Notes under the pieces: model-generated | Database searches by the model: none | What the model was told of the DNA's origin: nothing | What the model saw: only the letters and a program-made list of their open reading frames with translations | DNA from: an uncultured virus (IMG/VR IMGVR_UViG_3300042691_048960) | Taxonomy: Duplodnaviria; Heunggongvirae; Uroviricota; Caudoviricetes | Length of the DNA: 64,000 nt | Virus record (IMG/VR): IMGVR_UViG_3300042691_048960 | Direction: 5' to 3' (one strand) | Position numbers and translations under genes: made by a program | Shown here: positions 9,316 to 18,406 of the stretch, in pieces | Numbering within the stretch: the first letter of the stretch is position 1 | Layout of the letters: the number at the start of each line of letters is the position of its first letter

Positions 9316-10338
9316 TCACGCAGCTTCCATCTCATCCGCTACCACGTCTTCTGCATCGGCATTGTCACGCTGAACACCAAGCTCAACAATGACGCGTTGA
9401 TGCGCGGCGGGAGCACGCAGCTTCTTTTCGGCAAGTGTCAGCACTGATCCAATGACACGGATCTTCTCAGCAATCGTCAGCGCGCGGGCGGGGTCAATCT
9501 TCTTCAGGATGTCCATCTCACCATCCTTGTTGAAGAAGCGGCTCACTGTGCCAGCCATGCTCTCGATATAGGTTTCGAGATTACGCAGAGCTTTGACTTC
9601 TTCTGCTGACAGGCGGGCTTCAGGAAACAGGTCAACCTGATTGGCAGTGTCGATAAACCCTTGCGCCACGGCTGCGAGAGAATTTGTATCGACGCGGCCA
9701 TCACGGATCATACGCCAGAACGTATCCTGAAATTCTGTCGGCACTTTCGACATGTAGTAGGCCTGAGTCGGAGTCAGGAAATCATCTTCCAGCAGCACCT
9801 GATATTCTTCCTTCAGATTCAGAAGCGTCAGGCGATCCAGAATGCGATGCGGCTGGCTGATGCCAATCCGCGCCGCCAGTTGCTCAACGGAGTAATCAAA
9901 GTCCTGCATGGCTTTGCGGAATGCTCTGGCTTCTTCGAGCGGTGTAATATCCTGCCGCTGGAGGTTTTCGATAATCATCTGGCAGGTGAGCGCCTCATCA
10001 TCCATCTTCTTGATGATGACAGGCACTTCTTTCAGCTCAAGCAGTTGGCAAGCACGGAAGCGACGCTCACCAGCAACGATCATAAAACGGCCTTCACCAT
10101 CGGGACGCACAACAATCGGGTTCATCAAGCCCTGCACACGGATGGATGCGGCAAGCTCGCGTAGTTTGGATTCCTCGAAAATCTTTCTGGCTTGCTCAGC
10201 GTTTGGATAGACGCGCTCCAGTGCGATCATCTGCATGCCTTCTTCGGCAACAGGTGGTTTTGGTTTTGCAATCGGCTTGCGCTTTACAGCAACAGTTTTT
10301 TTCTTGGCTGCTACGCGTTTTTTGGTTTCTTTGGTCAT
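9316..10338 (-). CDS. ParB/RepB/Spo0J-family protein
   Basis: QARKIF...L.ELAASI...GLMNPIVVR...IVAGERRFRA...IENLQRQDITPLEEA. Confidence 0.9.
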   Translation of the reverse strand: MTKETKKRVAAKKKTVAVKRKPIAKPKPPVAEEGMQMIALERVYPNAEQARKIFEESKLRELAASIRVQGLMNPIVVRPDGEGRFMIVAGERRFRACQLLELKEVPVIIKKMDDEALTCQMIIENLQRQDITPLEEARAFRKAMQDFDYSVEQLAARIGISQPHRILDRLTLLNLKEEYQVLLEDDFLTPTQAYYMSKVPTEFQDTFWRMIRDGRVDTNSLAAVAQGFIDTANQVDLFPEARLSAEEVKALRNLETYIESMAGTVSRFFNKDGEMDILKKIDPARALTIAEKIRVIGSVLTLAEKKLRAPAAHQRVIVELGVQRDNADAEDVVADEMEAA

Positions 10339-10374
10339 AACGTGTCTCCTTGTGGTTGGTGGTTGTGGTAGTGG

Positions 10375-10635
10375 TTAATTGGTTTCTGCTTCTTGCATCG
10401 CCTGGATGTCAGCCAGTGATTCTTTGGCGGCATGAAATAAGGCCGCATCTTTCGGCAGGTCGCTGAGAGCAGAACAAATCAGCGACATGACCTCGTCGTG
10501 CGATTCAAGGCGCTTGAGTTCGTCTTGCAAAAGACGAATCGCAAATTCCATGTTGCTCTTGAGTTGCTTGCGTGCATCTTCAACACGGCTCTCTGCTTTT
10601 CTAACGAAGAGGCGGGTAGCGAAATTGTCGGTCAT
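10375..10635 (-). CDS. Hypothetical protein
   Basis: 86-aa ORF with AAGGA RBS, downstream of a conserved promoter-like block. Confidence 0.55.
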   Translation of the reverse strand: MTDNFATRLFVRKAESRVEDARKQLKSNMEFAIRLLQDELKRLESHDEVMSLICSALSDLPKDAALFHAAKESLADIQAMQEAETN

Positions 10636-10792
10636 GGCTGAATCCTTTTTGTGTTGTGTTTCAATTTCTTATAAGGAAATCCAATCACACGGACACTTTG
10701 CCGTACACAAAAATCGACCTTCATAGCGAAAATAAATCGCTATTTTTCAATAAGATAACGCTTTCCAGAAATCTGAATTATAAGTATAATCT

Positions 10793-10860
10793 GCGGCGAC
10801 CTGTAGAGGATGACGGGGCACCACCCCGTCAGCTAGGTGCAACTCCTAGTAGCCGCTCCA
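10793..10860 (+). ncRNA. tRNA-like small RNA lacking a D-stem, with encoded 3' CCA
   Basis: Acceptor-like stem GCGGCGA/TAGCCGC (one mismatch) then T and CCA; T-arm CTAGG-TGCAACT-CCTAG; central stem TGACGGGG-CACCA-CCCCGTCA; AT-rich promoter-like sequence (TATAAT at 10785-10790) upstream. Confidence 0.55.
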
Positions 10861-10861
10861 A

Positions 10862-11281
10862 CTATTCATCAAAGAGTGATGCCTGAGCTGGAAGCCGCTT
10901 GCGCTTCTTTGGAATATCTAACTTCATCTCAGGTACAACGATGCCCAGTTCGGATTCAAACCAATCCGCAACAATGCGGCGATGACACCACTCTTCGGGA
11001 TTGCATACAGGGTCTTTTTCCCAGCAGAGCAACACAGGCTCGTGCGGGAATGCCAGCTCATGCAGCTTGTCATGAACGGTTTGCGGATCAAGCGGCTTCA
11101 GAATTTCTGACTCATACCGCTTGCGATAGGCATCATAGCTGGAATTGTAAGGCGGTTCATTAAACCATTTGCCTGGTGCGAGGGCGCGGAAGATTCTAAA
11201 ACCTCCCATGCCTCTCGGAGCAAATCGTGCGATGGAAACGCGGCCTGGGCCGGTGTAAAGAAAGAAGCTGCTGGTCTGCAT
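10862..11281 (-). CDS. DUF488-like protein
   Basis: SIAR..P, LAP, Y...IL..LD, VLLCWE...CHRRIVADW motifs. Confidence 0.7.
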   Translation of the reverse strand: MQTSSFFLYTGPGRVSIARFAPRGMGGFRIFRALAPGKWFNEPPYNSSYDAYRKRYESEILKPLDPQTVHDKLHELAFPHEPVLLCWEKDPVCNPEEWCHRRIVADWFESELGIVVPEMKLDIPKKRKRLPAQASLFDE

Positions 11282-11362
11282 GTGTCCTCGGTTCGGTTGG
11301 TTGGTTGTGGTAGCAGCAGCATGTTAGCAGCATTGCACAATAAAGCACGCTTTTTCAGCACC

Positions 11363-11791
11363 TTAACTACTCTTTTTTGATAGCACTCTTGCCAACAAAA
11401 CATGGTCATCATCATCGGAACTGATGATACCGAAATAGGGGCTGTCAGGATATTCCTGCGCGATAATCAGCTGATCGAAAGACACGTAACGCAGCTTTTC
11501 ATTGCCACCCGCAACCACATTCACAATCTGGCGCGGTTCGAGATGTTCACATAACTCTTTGGCAAAGGCATTCAGATCCACCTCTACCAATTCGTCTTCC
11601 TCATCGTCCATGATGCGCGGATAGGCGGAGGGGTATTGCTCATATCCGCCAAATGAAACATGCCGCTCTTCATTGCGCACGAAAAGCTCGATGTCCTGCC
11701 CAAAATGATACTGGGCAAACCACTCTTTGAATTTTTCCACGTCTTTGACCTGGAAAACATTGGAGCATACCGCTCCGTACATATCAGCCAT
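11363..11791 (-). CDS. Hypothetical protein
   Basis: 142-aa ORF with GGAGG RBS in the leftward cassette. Confidence 0.6.
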   Translation of the reverse strand: MADMYGAVCSNVFQVKDVEKFKEWFAQYHFGQDIELFVRNEERHVSFGGYEQYPSAYPRIMDDEEDELVEVDLNAFAKELCEHLEPRQIVNVVAGGNEKLRYVSFDQLIIAQEYPDSPYFGIISSDDDDHVLLARVLSKKSS

Positions 11792-11807
11792 AATAATCCT
11801 CCTGAAG

Positions 11808-12371
11808 TTAGCTGTGCATGTCGAGAAACACGATGTACCGCTGCTTGCCGTCGCTGGTAGCGGTCATGTCGGTGACACCTGTCTGGTCAAACTGCCAGTC
11901 ATAAAACTCTGGCAGATCATTGCCCTTCGCAAGGGAGCGGCGCGCACCTAACAACTCGTAGAGCTGTTTGATGTTGCGGCTGGCAGCCCATAATTCATGA
12001 AGCTCGCCGTTCTCAAGGTCGAAGTTCATCAGGTGATTGGCAACCGTGGTGATGCCTTCCTTGAAGTCGCAGATCGTAGCCCAAGGCTGGTATTCCAGCG
12101 TGACAGGGTCTTTCACCAGCCACTGAACATAAGCCACGGTGCGCGCAAAATATGAGCCTTCCTTCGGAATTTCCTCCAGCTCATCCAGAAAAGATAAACC
12201 CCAGCGACCACCATCGTGATTTTCGATGTCGTCTTGACCATCTTCGGAGGCAACGCCGCCGATAGAACGCCAGTTGTTTTCATTCCCCCAGTTGCTGATC
12301 TCGCTTTCTACTTCGCTGGCGGCATCACTGGCTGAATCGGCTTTGACGATGATAAAATGCAGATTGTGCAT
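11808..12371 (-). CDS. Hypothetical acidic protein
   Basis: 187-aa ORF closely coupled to its neighbours. Confidence 0.6.
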   Translation of the reverse strand: MHNLHFIIVKADSASDAASEVESEISNWGNENNWRSIGGVASEDGQDDIENHDGGRWGLSFLDELEEIPKEGSYFARTVAYVQWLVKDPVTLEYQPWATICDFKEGITTVANHLMNFDLENGELHELWAASRNIKQLYELLGARRSLAKGNDLPEFYDWQFDQTGVTDMTATSDGKQRYIVFLDMHS

Positions 12372-12373
12372 GA

Positions 12374-12787
12374 TTAACCCTCCACCGTTTCAGCCAGCGT
12401 GTGGCCTTGTGATTTCAGGTTGCGAAGCCACTGGCTAAGGAATGAAGCCTGATCTGCGGCCTCGCGCTTATTGCCTTTGCCGTCTTCATCCATTGCTTCG
12501 CGGTAGTACAACGAATTCTGGAATGACATTGGCATTGCCGCCTTATGCGTCATATCAACGCGGATGCGCATATCTGGGTCAGGCACTAAATCGCCGTTTT
12601 GCTTGTAATAATGCGCTATCGCAATATCCATGCTGTTGCCTGAGCGGGTCAGCACTTCAAAGCTCAAGTCCATATAGCCTTTGGCTTTGAGCTTGCGGTA
12701 GCAGCCGCCGCGCAGGTTTTCTAAATCGGGCACCAGCTCGATCAGACGTTTGTAATTATTCATGCACAGTTTAACAAAATCACTCAT
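12374..12787 (-). CDS. DUF1249/DUF6908-like protein
   Basis: GYMDL..E...IAHYYKQNGDLVPDPDM..RV...FLSQWLRNLK.QG. Confidence 0.7.
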   Translation of the reverse strand: MSDFVKLCMNNYKRLIELVPDLENLRGGCYRKLKAKGYMDLSFEVLTRSGNSMDIAIAHYYKQNGDLVPDPDMRIRVDMTHKAAMPMSFQNSLYYREAMDEDGKGNKREAADQASFLSQWLRNLKSQGHTLAETVEG

Positions 12788-13113
12788 GGGTAACTCCTTT
12801 GGGTGTTGATTATGAAGGTTGCAAACTCATCTCCGGCGAAGTGGAACCGATTGCCGCATCGCCGTAGAATCTTTTCGTCATCGAGCCACACGCGGTGCGG
12901 ATCATCAGGGTCGCAAAACACCAGATGCACCGTGCCATCCGCCGATTCAGCGACGTTTGCCAGTGGGCCGATGGTCTGAATCACGCCGACAAATGTGCCG
13001 TTTTCGGTGACTTCAGGGCGCGCTAATCCGCGCACCAAATGCAGGTACATCGCCATTGCGTTGCTCGCGTTTCGGTTAGTGAACGGTTGCTGCGGATACC
13101 GATAGCATCTCAA
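12784..13113 (-). CDS. Hypothetical protein
   Basis: ORF overlapping both neighbours in the operon. Confidence 0.45.
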   Translation of the reverse strand: MRCYRYPQQPFTNRNASNAMAMYLHLVRGLARPEVTENGTFVGVIQTIGPLANVAESADGTVHLVFCDPDDPHRVWLDDEKILRRCGNRFHFAGDEFATFIINTQRSYP

Positions 13114-13462
13114 GCCATGCGTGCAGCCGGTTGGTCAGCACCGTCTGGATGCTCTGATCGATGCCCTTCTTTGGCACGCGGGTATGCGTCGTGCCTTTGC
13201 AGCGAAACCAGATCGATTCAGGAATGGCCTTGCGGTGATACATATCGACCTTCACCAGCATTTTATGGTCAGGCGACAGCTTGCCCTGCTGCTCGGTGTT
13301 AAAGGCAATCTCAACCCGCATGACGGATGCGCCACGATGTTTCACCGTGATGCTGCCGGGCATCGGGCTTACTGGAATCATGAGGCTTTCCTTTGCTTGA
13401 CGCTCAGGCAGCTTCGGATCGAGGTTTAATAGTTGTTCATAATGCTCTGCATGAATGCACAT
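13076..13462 (-). CDS. Hypothetical protein, distant paralog of 12374-12787
   Basis: Shares the Q.G.L.PD..M.V.VDM.H..A.P.S and WL..L pattern; start at ATG 13462 after AAGGAG. Confidence 0.55.
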   Translation of the reverse strand: MCIHAEHYEQLLNLDPKLPERQAKESLMIPVSPMPGSITVKHRGASVMRVEIAFNTEQQGKLSPDHKMLVKVDMYHRKAIPESIWFRCKGTTHTRVPKKGIDQSIQTVLTNRLHAWLEMLSVSAATVH

Positions 13463-13565
13463 AACGGTTTCTCCTTGGTGGTTTGGTTGGTTGTGGTAGT
13501 AGGAAAATCCTAGCTTTTTTGACTTTACCGTCCACAAAAATCGACAATAAAACCAATTAAATCAG

Positions 13566-13802
13566 CTAGTTATTTGCAAGGTTGCTATCGTTCCACTGCG
13601 CGTTGCAATAAGCGTTCAGCAAATCCTTGTGCATTCCCGAAAACGATTCGACAGGAAACACATGGATGTTGGCGATTGCGTCTGGCGGCAGCTCCGATCC
13701 CTCGATGTCTAAATCGAGCACGGTGACTTTGAGGGCAGCGGGATCGTTGGCATAGATTTCTCTGACGACTCCGCCTTCAACAACAATGGCAAGATGATTC
13801 AT
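13566..13802 (-). CDS. Hypothetical protein
   Basis: 78-aa ORF, I.VEGGVV..I...V.D.D pattern of small phage/plasmid proteins. Confidence 0.55.
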   Translation of the reverse strand: MNHLAIVVEGGVVREIYANDPAALKVTVLDLDIEGSELPPDAIANIHVFPVESFSGMHKDLLNAYCNAQWNDSNLANN

Positions 13803-13814
13803 GGCGTATCCTTT

Positions 13815-14276
13815 CTAAAACAAGGTGAGTTGAGGGGTTTTGTAGGCGCGCAGTTCTTCAATCATGCGCTTGGCATCACTGCGGTTCTTTTCACTGGCAC
13901 TGCTGTTTCGTTCCTGGGCGATATGGGCAAACGAGGTGGCAATCTCTTCAGAGATTGCAGCCAGCGCGTCTTCTCGGTTCAGGAATGCTTGGCGTTCCCA
14001 TACGGAAGGGGCAGAACCTGCACCGCCATAGCCATAATCGTAGCTGCTGCTTGCCGCCCACCAGCCTTTGCCCGTCTGGATGATGCGCGCCTCGGCATTA
14101 CATGAGCCGACTTTGGCCAGTGTGATGGTTTCATAACCCAGAAACACGCCGTGCCGATTAGCTTTGCCTTGCCAGAGTTCTTCTGCATCATGCACCGCTT
14201 CTTCGCCCAAATACCAGCGGTCACCATGCTTGAGCTTGATGGCTTCAAGAGCCTCTGTCAGATCGACGATCTGCAT
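13815..14276 (-). CDS. Hypothetical protein
   Basis: 153-aa ORF ending in QLTLF. Confidence 0.6.
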   Translation of the reverse strand: MQIVDLTEALEAIKLKHGDRWYLGEEAVHDAEELWQGKANRHGVFLGYETITLAKVGSCNAEARIIQTGKGWWAASSSYDYGYGGAGSAPSVWERQAFLNREDALAAISEEIATSFAHIAQERNSSASEKNRSDAKRMIEELRAYKTPQLTLF

Positions 14277-14758
14277 ACAGCCTCCTGTGTGCGTGTGCGT
14301 AGCGGGGTGAATGCACCAATCCTGCGCTGTAGCTCGGAAATTTCCCGTTCAAGCTCGGTGCGATTGGTGAAGCTCTGATTCAGCTGTTCATCACTGTACT
14401 GCGTTCCAAAATGCAGCACACAGGCGGCGCGGCAATATCGCTCGATCACTCCACGGTAATAGGCTTGGTCATATTTGCCGAACCAGTCTTCGGCTGACAT
14501 GGTATGCCCTTGAAGCCCATGCTTCAGGCAGTGCTCTCTCAGTGCATCGTGGAAAAAGTAAAACGGTATGGCGAACTCGCAGTCCTCTTCATACCAACCT
14601 TCTGGATTCCTAAACGGCGGCGGGATTTGCTCATTCAGCTTCGTGGTGAGCTTAATACCGCCATGACTGGCGGTGTGGTAAAAGTCCACACCCGGCATGT
14701 AGCTATTGCCGCCTTGTGAGCGTCCCCACGGTGTCCATATTCCTTCGTGCTTCGTCAT
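14258..14758 (-). CDS. Conserved mobile-element protein (DUF7007-like)
   Basis: TPWG..Q....PGV....TASHGG..L...N..IP...WYEEDCE motif. Confidence 0.55.
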   Translation of the reverse strand: MTKHEGIWTPWGRSQGGNSYMPGVDFYHTASHGGIKLTTKLNEQIPPPFRNPEGWYEEDCEFAIPFYFFHDALREHCLKHGLQGHTMSAEDWFGKYDQAYYRGVIERYCRAACVLHFGTQYSDEQLNQSFTNRTELEREISELQRRIGAFTPLRTRTQEAVCRSSI

Positions 14759-14833
14759 ATCATATCTCCATCTGGGCGTGCGTCATCGCCCACTGCTTTG
14801 GCAGCGGTTCGAGATTCACGTTGCGGTTAAGGG

Positions 14834-15424
14834 TTAAACGGCTTCGGCCAAGAACTCGGCGCGCTGGGCTTCGTAGCGGGCAAGCAGCTCATCAATTTTC
14901 TTGAGCTGCTGGCGGAATTGATAGCTACCCTCGGGCGTGCCGTCATTTTTGGTTACGCCAACAAGTGCGCGTGCTTCGCCCAACATGCGATACAGGCCGT
15001 ACTCAATATCCAGCTCCTGATGGCTGGAGCAGAAATCGTAATCGCCGATGACGGCCTCAACTCGCCCAGTCATTGCAAAAGCCGCATCGTGGATATTGGC
15101 TTCTTCCTCGCCGTTGTCATCGATGCGCGGCAGCGTCACCTGAACCTCGACCCCTTCAGGCACAGGGTGCTGGCTGATAAAATAGCCAAGCCGATCAGCA
15201 AAGTGATAACCGCTGGTGATGTAATCACCATCGTCACCGCTGCACAGCGTCCAGATGGTATTTTGTGGCTGGGCAACGACATAATCATGCTCGTCGCCGT
15301 AGGTTTCAAACATCGTGCCGTATCCGTTGCCCCAGTCAAAGGATGAGGATTCTTTGAGGTGATTCTTCACAGGCTGGAATAAGGCGACAAAGGCTTCTTC
15401 CTGAAGTTCGATTAAAGTGCTCAT
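14834..15424 (-). CDS. Hypothetical protein
   Basis: 196-aa ORF with MFETYG.E..YV...IWT...GYH...RLGYFI pattern. Confidence 0.6.
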   Translation of the reverse strand: MSTLIELQEEAFVALFQPVKNHLKESSSFDWGNGYGTMFETYGDEHDYVVAQPQNTIWTLCSGDDGDYITSGYHFADRLGYFISQHPVPEGVEVQVTLPRIDDNGEEEANIHDAAFAMTGRVEAVIGDYDFCSSHQELDIEYGLYRMLGEARALVGVTKNDGTPEGSYQFRQQLKKIDELLARYEAQRAEFLAEAV

Positions 15425-15524
15425 AGTAAGTCTCCGTTTGGTTTGGTTGGTTGTGGTAGTAGTTTGAAAATCCTAGCTTTTTTGACTTACCCGTCAACAG
15501 AAAAACGCCATATAAAACAAGTAT

Positions 15525-15929
15525 TTATGCGGCGTTCGGCGCGTATTTCTCCCATTTCCAGATGGCATTACTGCACGTGACTTCCACGTCGATGGATTCC
15601 AGATGTCGGCAGCGTTCAACAAGCTCTGTGGCGGATCGTTTGCCGCGCTCGGTAAAAGCAAAATCATTGTCGTAATGCTCGACCTCACGGCCTTTCCAGA
15701 AAACATAACCCACATGGTCAATCGTCAAATGCTCGATGCCATGAAACCACGGCTTTTCATATCCCGCACGGCAGCGCGCAAGCAGTGCCATGATGGCTGC
15801 TTCGATCTTCTCGCAAGGCTTCGCATTGACGGCAATCTCAACCAGCCGCAGATGCTCAGGCGATAAGTCGTCACCGTCATGGGTACGCCTCAGTATTTCA
15901 ATGCAATTCTCGTGGATGGATGCTGACAT
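15525..15929 (-). CDS. Hypothetical protein
   Basis: 134-aa ORF with AAGGAG RBS. Confidence 0.6.
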   Translation of the reverse strand: MSASIHENCIEILRRTHDGDDLSPEHLRLVEIAVNAKPCEKIEAAIMALLARCRAGYEKPWFHGIEHLTIDHVGYVFWKGREVEHYDNDFAFTERGKRSATELVERCRHLESIDVEVTCSNAIWKWEKYAPNAA

Positions 15930-16138
15930 TTTAAGCTCCTTTCATTCGCTCATGGTTGCAGACTTGATAAAACTATTGATAATCGGGGGCGCATTGGGGG
16001 TGGTACCCCGATGCCGCCTCTGACCGTCTCCGACGTTTGGAGGTTGTGGTAGTACGCTTTGGGGTGGTACCCTGGCGTAGGGTGACGGAGGGGCGACCCT
16101 CCGTCATTTAATCGCTGGCTTGCGTTCATAGCTTCCTC

Positions 16139-16936
16139 CTAAAACTGAAAAGCAAATTGCTGCATGTTACTGACCTGTGCCGCGTGTGGAACTGGCACTT
16201 CTTCCCTTGCTTTCAGCGGCACAATGAAGTCTGGCAAAAGTTCGGCGGGGACATGGTGCTTTGTCATCAGCTTCCATTGCGGGGTAGCGCGGCACTCCCA
16301 TACTTCTACTCGTAGCGTATCGCCGTGAATAACATTGCCCGCCAGCCCAAGCATCGAAAGCTGGATATACGCCATGTTGAAACACACGCGGTTAATATCG
16401 ATTGCCTGAAACAGCATGGTGTATCGCGGATCATGCCCGTGCCGGCGGATGACATTGGCGGCTTCAATGACCATAACTCCTGCGCCACAGGTCGGCTCCT
16501 GCAAGGTGATATAGCCTTTCGACTTAATCGTATCCTCGCAACCACCCATGCTTAATTCTGCCATCATCCGCGCCATGTGCGAGGGCGTGAAGTATTCGCC
16601 GTTGTGTTTATTGTGGATTTCCAGATCCATGTATATCTGACCCAAAAAGTCCTCACCTGTTGAACCCAGTGCCATGTGCGTTAGCGCATAGAGCTTGCTG
16701 ACCAAATCCAGCTCTTCCTTATCGAAGCGCTTAATGGTGGACATGTAGAGCTCTTCAATGCGTTCAAAATCATCATCACGCGCAAGCAGCCCACGATGGT
16801 ATGGCTCTTGATGCACAACACAGGCGGTGATGTCGATGAAGTCACGAAACGCATCGTGCCAATTCCTGCGGTATGTAAAGCGATCAAACTGTTTTCTAAA
16901 TTCTTTGCCTAAGTCGATTGGTTCTTTCTGTCTCAT
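16139..16936 (-). CDS. N-6 DNA methylase-like (HsdM-related) protein, apparently short
   Basis: DFLGQIYM...GEYFTP..MA..MA, EPTCGAGVM SAM-binding motif, HGDTL; no NPPY/F motif IV seen before the C-terminus. Confidence 0.75.
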   Translation of the reverse strand: MRQKEPIDLGKEFRKQFDRFTYRRNWHDAFRDFIDITACVVHQEPYHRGLLARDDDFERIEELYMSTIKRFDKEELDLVSKLYALTHMALGSTGEDFLGQIYMDLEIHNKHNGEYFTPSHMARMMAELSMGGCEDTIKSKGYITLQEPTCGAGVMVIEAANVIRRHGHDPRYTMLFQAIDINRVCFNMAYIQLSMLGLAGNVIHGDTLRVEVWECRATPQWKLMTKHHVPAELLPDFIVPLKAREEVPVPHAAQVSNMQQFAFQF

Positions 16937-17053
16937 CGTCTGGTTCGTTGGTGGTTGTGGTAGGTGAGATAATCCAAGCACATAGCCCAATTGCCGTACA
17001 CAGAAATCGACCTCCGAAACAAAGAAATATCATGCAAAAACAAGGCTCTATCA

Positions 17054-18406
17054 ATGTTCTATGGCGCAGTTCCAACCGCCTGCATCGAGCAGGTTTTCAG
17101 AATCCTCGACTTTAAGAAATGGGAGCGCGCCTATGTATGCTGCTCTGGTAGTTTTCGGATTGAGCGTGCGCTGAAATCTAAGTTTCCGCATCTGCCTGTC
17201 TTCAGCAATGATGTCAGCCTGTATTCCTCCGCTGTAGGCTATCTCGCCAGCAACCGTGAATTCAATATCCGCTTTGAAGGCGCACTTTCCTTCATTCAAG
17301 AGCGGTCAGACGTAAACAGCTTCTTCGAGAAAACTGCCGCCGTTTTGGTAGCTTGTGACATGGCACGTTACGGCGCGCGCAAGAATGAATATGCCATCAA
17401 GCATTTCAATTATTACGTCGAGAACTTTGACCACTTCTTCGATAAAGCGAAAGACAAACTCGATCAGCTTTTACCCGACATGCAGCTGCACGGCTACTTC
17501 GCAGGGGACTGGCGAAAGCACATTAAACAGGCCATTGTCGAAGACGCGGGCATTTTAGCATTTCCGCCGTTTTTCAAAGGCGACTATGAAAGCCAGTTCA
17601 AGTTCATTGAAGAAAACATCCACTGGCCAGCACCGGATTATGACCTCTATGACCCGAAAATGCTTGGCGACATTATCGACGAGGTGGATGCTTCGGGTGT
17701 CGAATACTGCATTCTCTCAGATCAGCTTTTCCCTCACCGCAAGCCTGTGCTGGAATATGTGACTGGGCGGAAAGTCCCGCATTACTGCTACGCCAGAACG
17801 GAAAAGTCATCGGTGCGGCATCTCTATAAAGAGCCTGAGCCTTTCGCTTATGACCCAATCGATCCACTTAAGCTCAACTCTGAGAGCCGCGTACAGATTG
17901 TCCAAGCGGAAAGCCGCCACATGGATTTCATCAAGGACATCTACCTTCAGAAAACTATTATACATTCAACGGGAGTTGCCAATTTCCTTGTCTTTATCGA
18001 CAAAATGCTGGTGGGCGGCATCATCTACAGCCTGCCCAAATTCCCCACCTTTGGTCACCACACCATCTACCTGCTGTCGGATGTGACGATCTGCCGCGAA
18101 GCGAAACTCTCCAAGTTTATCGCCTATCTCGCCACATCAAAAACCTTGCTCGATATCGTCAGTAAAAAAATCATCAGCCGCATTGATTTTGTGGTCACGA
18201 CCGCACGCACCCATAACGCGGTATCGATGAAATATCGCGGTATCTACGAAATACTTAATCGCCGTGAAGCTGACGATCCTGCCGAGGGGAATATCATCAA
18301 CTACGGCTCCGCCATGCGTAACGAAACCCCGCAGGATATTTATTCACGCTGGTGGTGGCCTAAATTCGGGAAGTCCTATGTCGAAAAACAATCCAGCAAG
18401 CGTTGA
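17054..18406 (+). CDS. Putative DNA-modification protein (adenine MTase-like N-terminus plus second domain)
   Basis: VCCSGSF, SNDVS and FPPF resemble degenerate MTase motifs I, II and IV; C-terminal ~170 aa looks like a separate, possibly GNAT/Mom-like, domain; just upstream of the terminase genes. Confidence 0.55.
   Translation: MFYGAVPTACIEQVFRILDFKKWERAYVCCSGSFRIERALKSKFPHLPVFSNDVSLYSSAVGYLASNREFNIRFEGALSFIQERSDVNSFFEKTAAVLVACDMARYGARKNEYAIKHFNYYVENFDHFFDKAKDKLDQLLPDMQLHGYFAGDWRKHIKQAIVEDAGILAFPPFFKGDYESQFKFIEENIHWPAPDYDLYDPKMLGDIIDEVDASGVEYCILSDQLFPHRKPVLEYVTGRKVPHYCYARTEKSSVRHLYKEPEPFAYDPIDPLKLNSESRVQIVQAESRHMDFIKDIYLQKTIIHSTGVANFLVFIDKMLVGGIIYSLPKFPTFGHHTIYLLSDVTICREAKLSKFIAYLATSKTLLDIVSKKIISRIDFVVTTARTHNAVSMKYRGIYEILNRREADDPAEGNIINYGSAMRNETPQDIYSRWWWPKFGKSYVEKQSSKR

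Noticed and set aside
10793..10860. Canonical decoding tRNA
   Set aside because: No D-stem and no standard anticodon loop; kept only as a tRNA-like element.
2801..16963. 11-mer repeats as a CRISPR array
   Set aside because: Too short, irregularly spaced by whole genes, and no cas operon; the 933-1745 nuclease is explained as the RecT partner.
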